From NCBI RefSeq assembly GCF_006345805.1, contig NC_042998.1:159774001-159838000 (forward strand): DNA of 64,000 nucleotides, read 5' to 3'. A model generated the notes under the pieces. That model saw nothing but the letters and a program-made list of their open reading frames with translations. It was not told where the DNA came from and made no database searches. The stretch's first letter is position 1. Each line of letters begins with the position of its first letter. The DNA is from Octopus sinensis. Lineage: Eukaryota. Shown piece after piece: positions 62,040-64,000 of the stretch. A program made the position numbers and the translations under genes.

Positions 62040-63830
62040 AATGATAAACTTCTGGAAAGTCTTACAGATTTTTACAGTTCCAGTGATGGATTGGATCTGT
62101 AGTCTTCAAATTAGCTTTCTCCTTTCTGGTTGTGAGAAGCCTAATTTCTCAAGATTGGTATTTAGGCAGTGTGTTATATATCCCAGGGCCCCAATAATTA
62201 CTGGTAAAAACCTGAACTTGTAATCTGGATAGAGTAACTGCAGATTTCTCAATAGTTCAGCATAGTTGTTCTCTTTTTCATTGAGATTCAGCTTTATGTT
62301 AACATCCACTGGGCAGTTAATTTCCACAACTGTGCCCAGTTTCTCTTCTCTATCCCAAATCATTATATCAGGTCTGTTGTGCTTACATTTTATTGAGGTT
62401 TTCACTGGGACATTCCACAGTATTCCTTTTTATTATGCATGGCTATAGCTTCTACCATATTGTGGGTTCTTATTTCTTTCTCTTCGGGATTATCCTTCTG
62501 ACAGATTTCACTATAGAGTGTCCTAGCTACCACATCATGTCTCATCGGTAGCTAATACCATGATGACATTTTCAAACAACTGCTTATGATGTGGGTGAAA
62601 TCTCACATGTAAACTCCACAAAGTCTGCATCGGTTGTCATACTTTATGGTTTTACCTGCATCTCTATCCCTTTTGTGCAACAGGTACTTGGTTGATATTT
62701 CCTGTTCCTGGATTGCAAACACATATCCTTCAAAGTGGGAGGTAGTAATCCAGCTATTGGTCCATGATAAACTGCTTTGATGATTGATGTTACTATCATC
62801 GCGGAGCTTTCTTGTAACATATCCATGCATAGTCTTCTGCTCATATAGGCTCATCCTTTCATCTGATGATATGCCGCAATAGAGTCATGCAACTTCTTTG
62901 GACATGTATTCTAGGTTATCAGACAAAGAAAGTTGCTCAAGAACCTACCTTACAAGTTTTACAATGTTTTCAGCTTCATTTATGCAAACTTGGTCAAGGG
63001 ATGCACTTAGACACTTGGTGGTTAAAAGATGTTGCCGAAGGGATATGATGCAACAGTCAAAAGCATTTTGGATTGATGTTAAGCCTCTTCTGCCTTGTTT
63101 TCGTTTTAGGTACAAGTGGTCTACATCACTTATGTGGAAATTATGTGTACTTGTTAGTATTTTTCAGGTTTTCACAACAATGATTCAGATCTCATCAAGC
63201 ATCCAATCAAGCAGCCCAAATGTTGGTATAAGTACTGGCACTGCAAACACATTGTGGGCCACTGTTTTATTGAATGCAGAGAGTTCTGACATCCAAATTT
63301 TCTTTATTCAGCTGTAATATTCTTTAGTGACATGTTTTGTTACAGGTGTCACTGTAAGATATATTTTCATCCACTCCTAGATACCTGTAACATTCATTGT
63401 CAGATACAAGTCAAATCATTAATGGAGATGTTACTAGTCTGGTTTATAATTTTCTCCTTTTCACAACCATTTAACAAAATTTATCCTGACCAAACTCCAG
63501 CTCTACATCCTTTGAGAATGTTGTAACTAGGTCAAGGTTCTTTTTCATATCATGCATATTCTTTGCATAAAGTTTTAAGTCATCCGCAAAGAAACAGTGT
63601 GTAATTTTGGTATTTCCTTTTCCTTGTTAACCAATGAGATATCCTTCAAACTTCCTTATTTGAATGTATAAACAACATCACAGAGAGGCTGTCTCCTTGG
63701 AATATATCTTTGGGATACTGTATAATGTCAGTGATAATGCATTCACACTTTGTGCTTAATTTGTGCAAGATGGTGGCCCACAATGAAGTCAGGTCAGCTA
63801 TGGCTTTGACTATTCTCACTGGAACTTTAG
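62040..63830 (-). mobile_element. Second R4/Dong-like LINE family, decayed
   Basis: DIFQGDSLS; FADDLKLYAK (near 63560-63595); FAIQEQEISTKY...CRLCG; RPDIMIWD...LPVIIGALG. Confidence 0.85.
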
Positions 63831-63839
63831 CATACATAC

Positions 63840-63870
<31 letters not shown>

Positions 63871-64000
63871 TGTATGTATGTATGTATGTATGTATGTATG
63901 TGTGCATGTGTGTGTGTGTGCATGCATGCATGCATGTGTGTGCATATATGTATGAATATATGAATGTGTTTGTAAGTATTTATGTGTACCCTAATCTGGA

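Noticed and set aside
681-63955. Numerous YI, HT, CV, poly-I/L/N and poly-H ORFs
   Set aside because: They are translations of microsatellites.

Overview
AT-rich animal genomic DNA made almost entirely of transposable elements and microsatellites. The repeat families (RTE LINEs with (GAT)n tails, tRNA-headed SINEs, Penelope-like elements, R4/Dong-like LINEs, Helitrons, mariner, hAT) look cephalopod, probably Octopus; this is an inference from pattern recognition, not a database result. No host gene can be confidently called, only one candidate exon (about 55.64-55.83 kb, minus). The standout structure is 15631-30396. A nearly intact RTE LINE on the minus strand runs without a gap at its 5' end into a ~10.5 kb higher-order tandem array of about 63 copies of a 140-bp monomer. 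The array is punctuated four times by a ~430-bp module carrying TATA, YY1-like and ETS-like motifs. The whole unit is bracketed by (TA)n, and a ~303-bp spacerless palindrome follows immediately. Other notable items are a head-to-head inverted Penelope-like pair whose tails carry a non-canonical minimal hammerhead-ribozyme-like motif, two further fold-back duplications, tandem expansions in RTE 3' UTRs, and several nested insertions with readable target-site duplications. Coordinates were counted by eye; fuzzy boundaries may be off by tens of bases.
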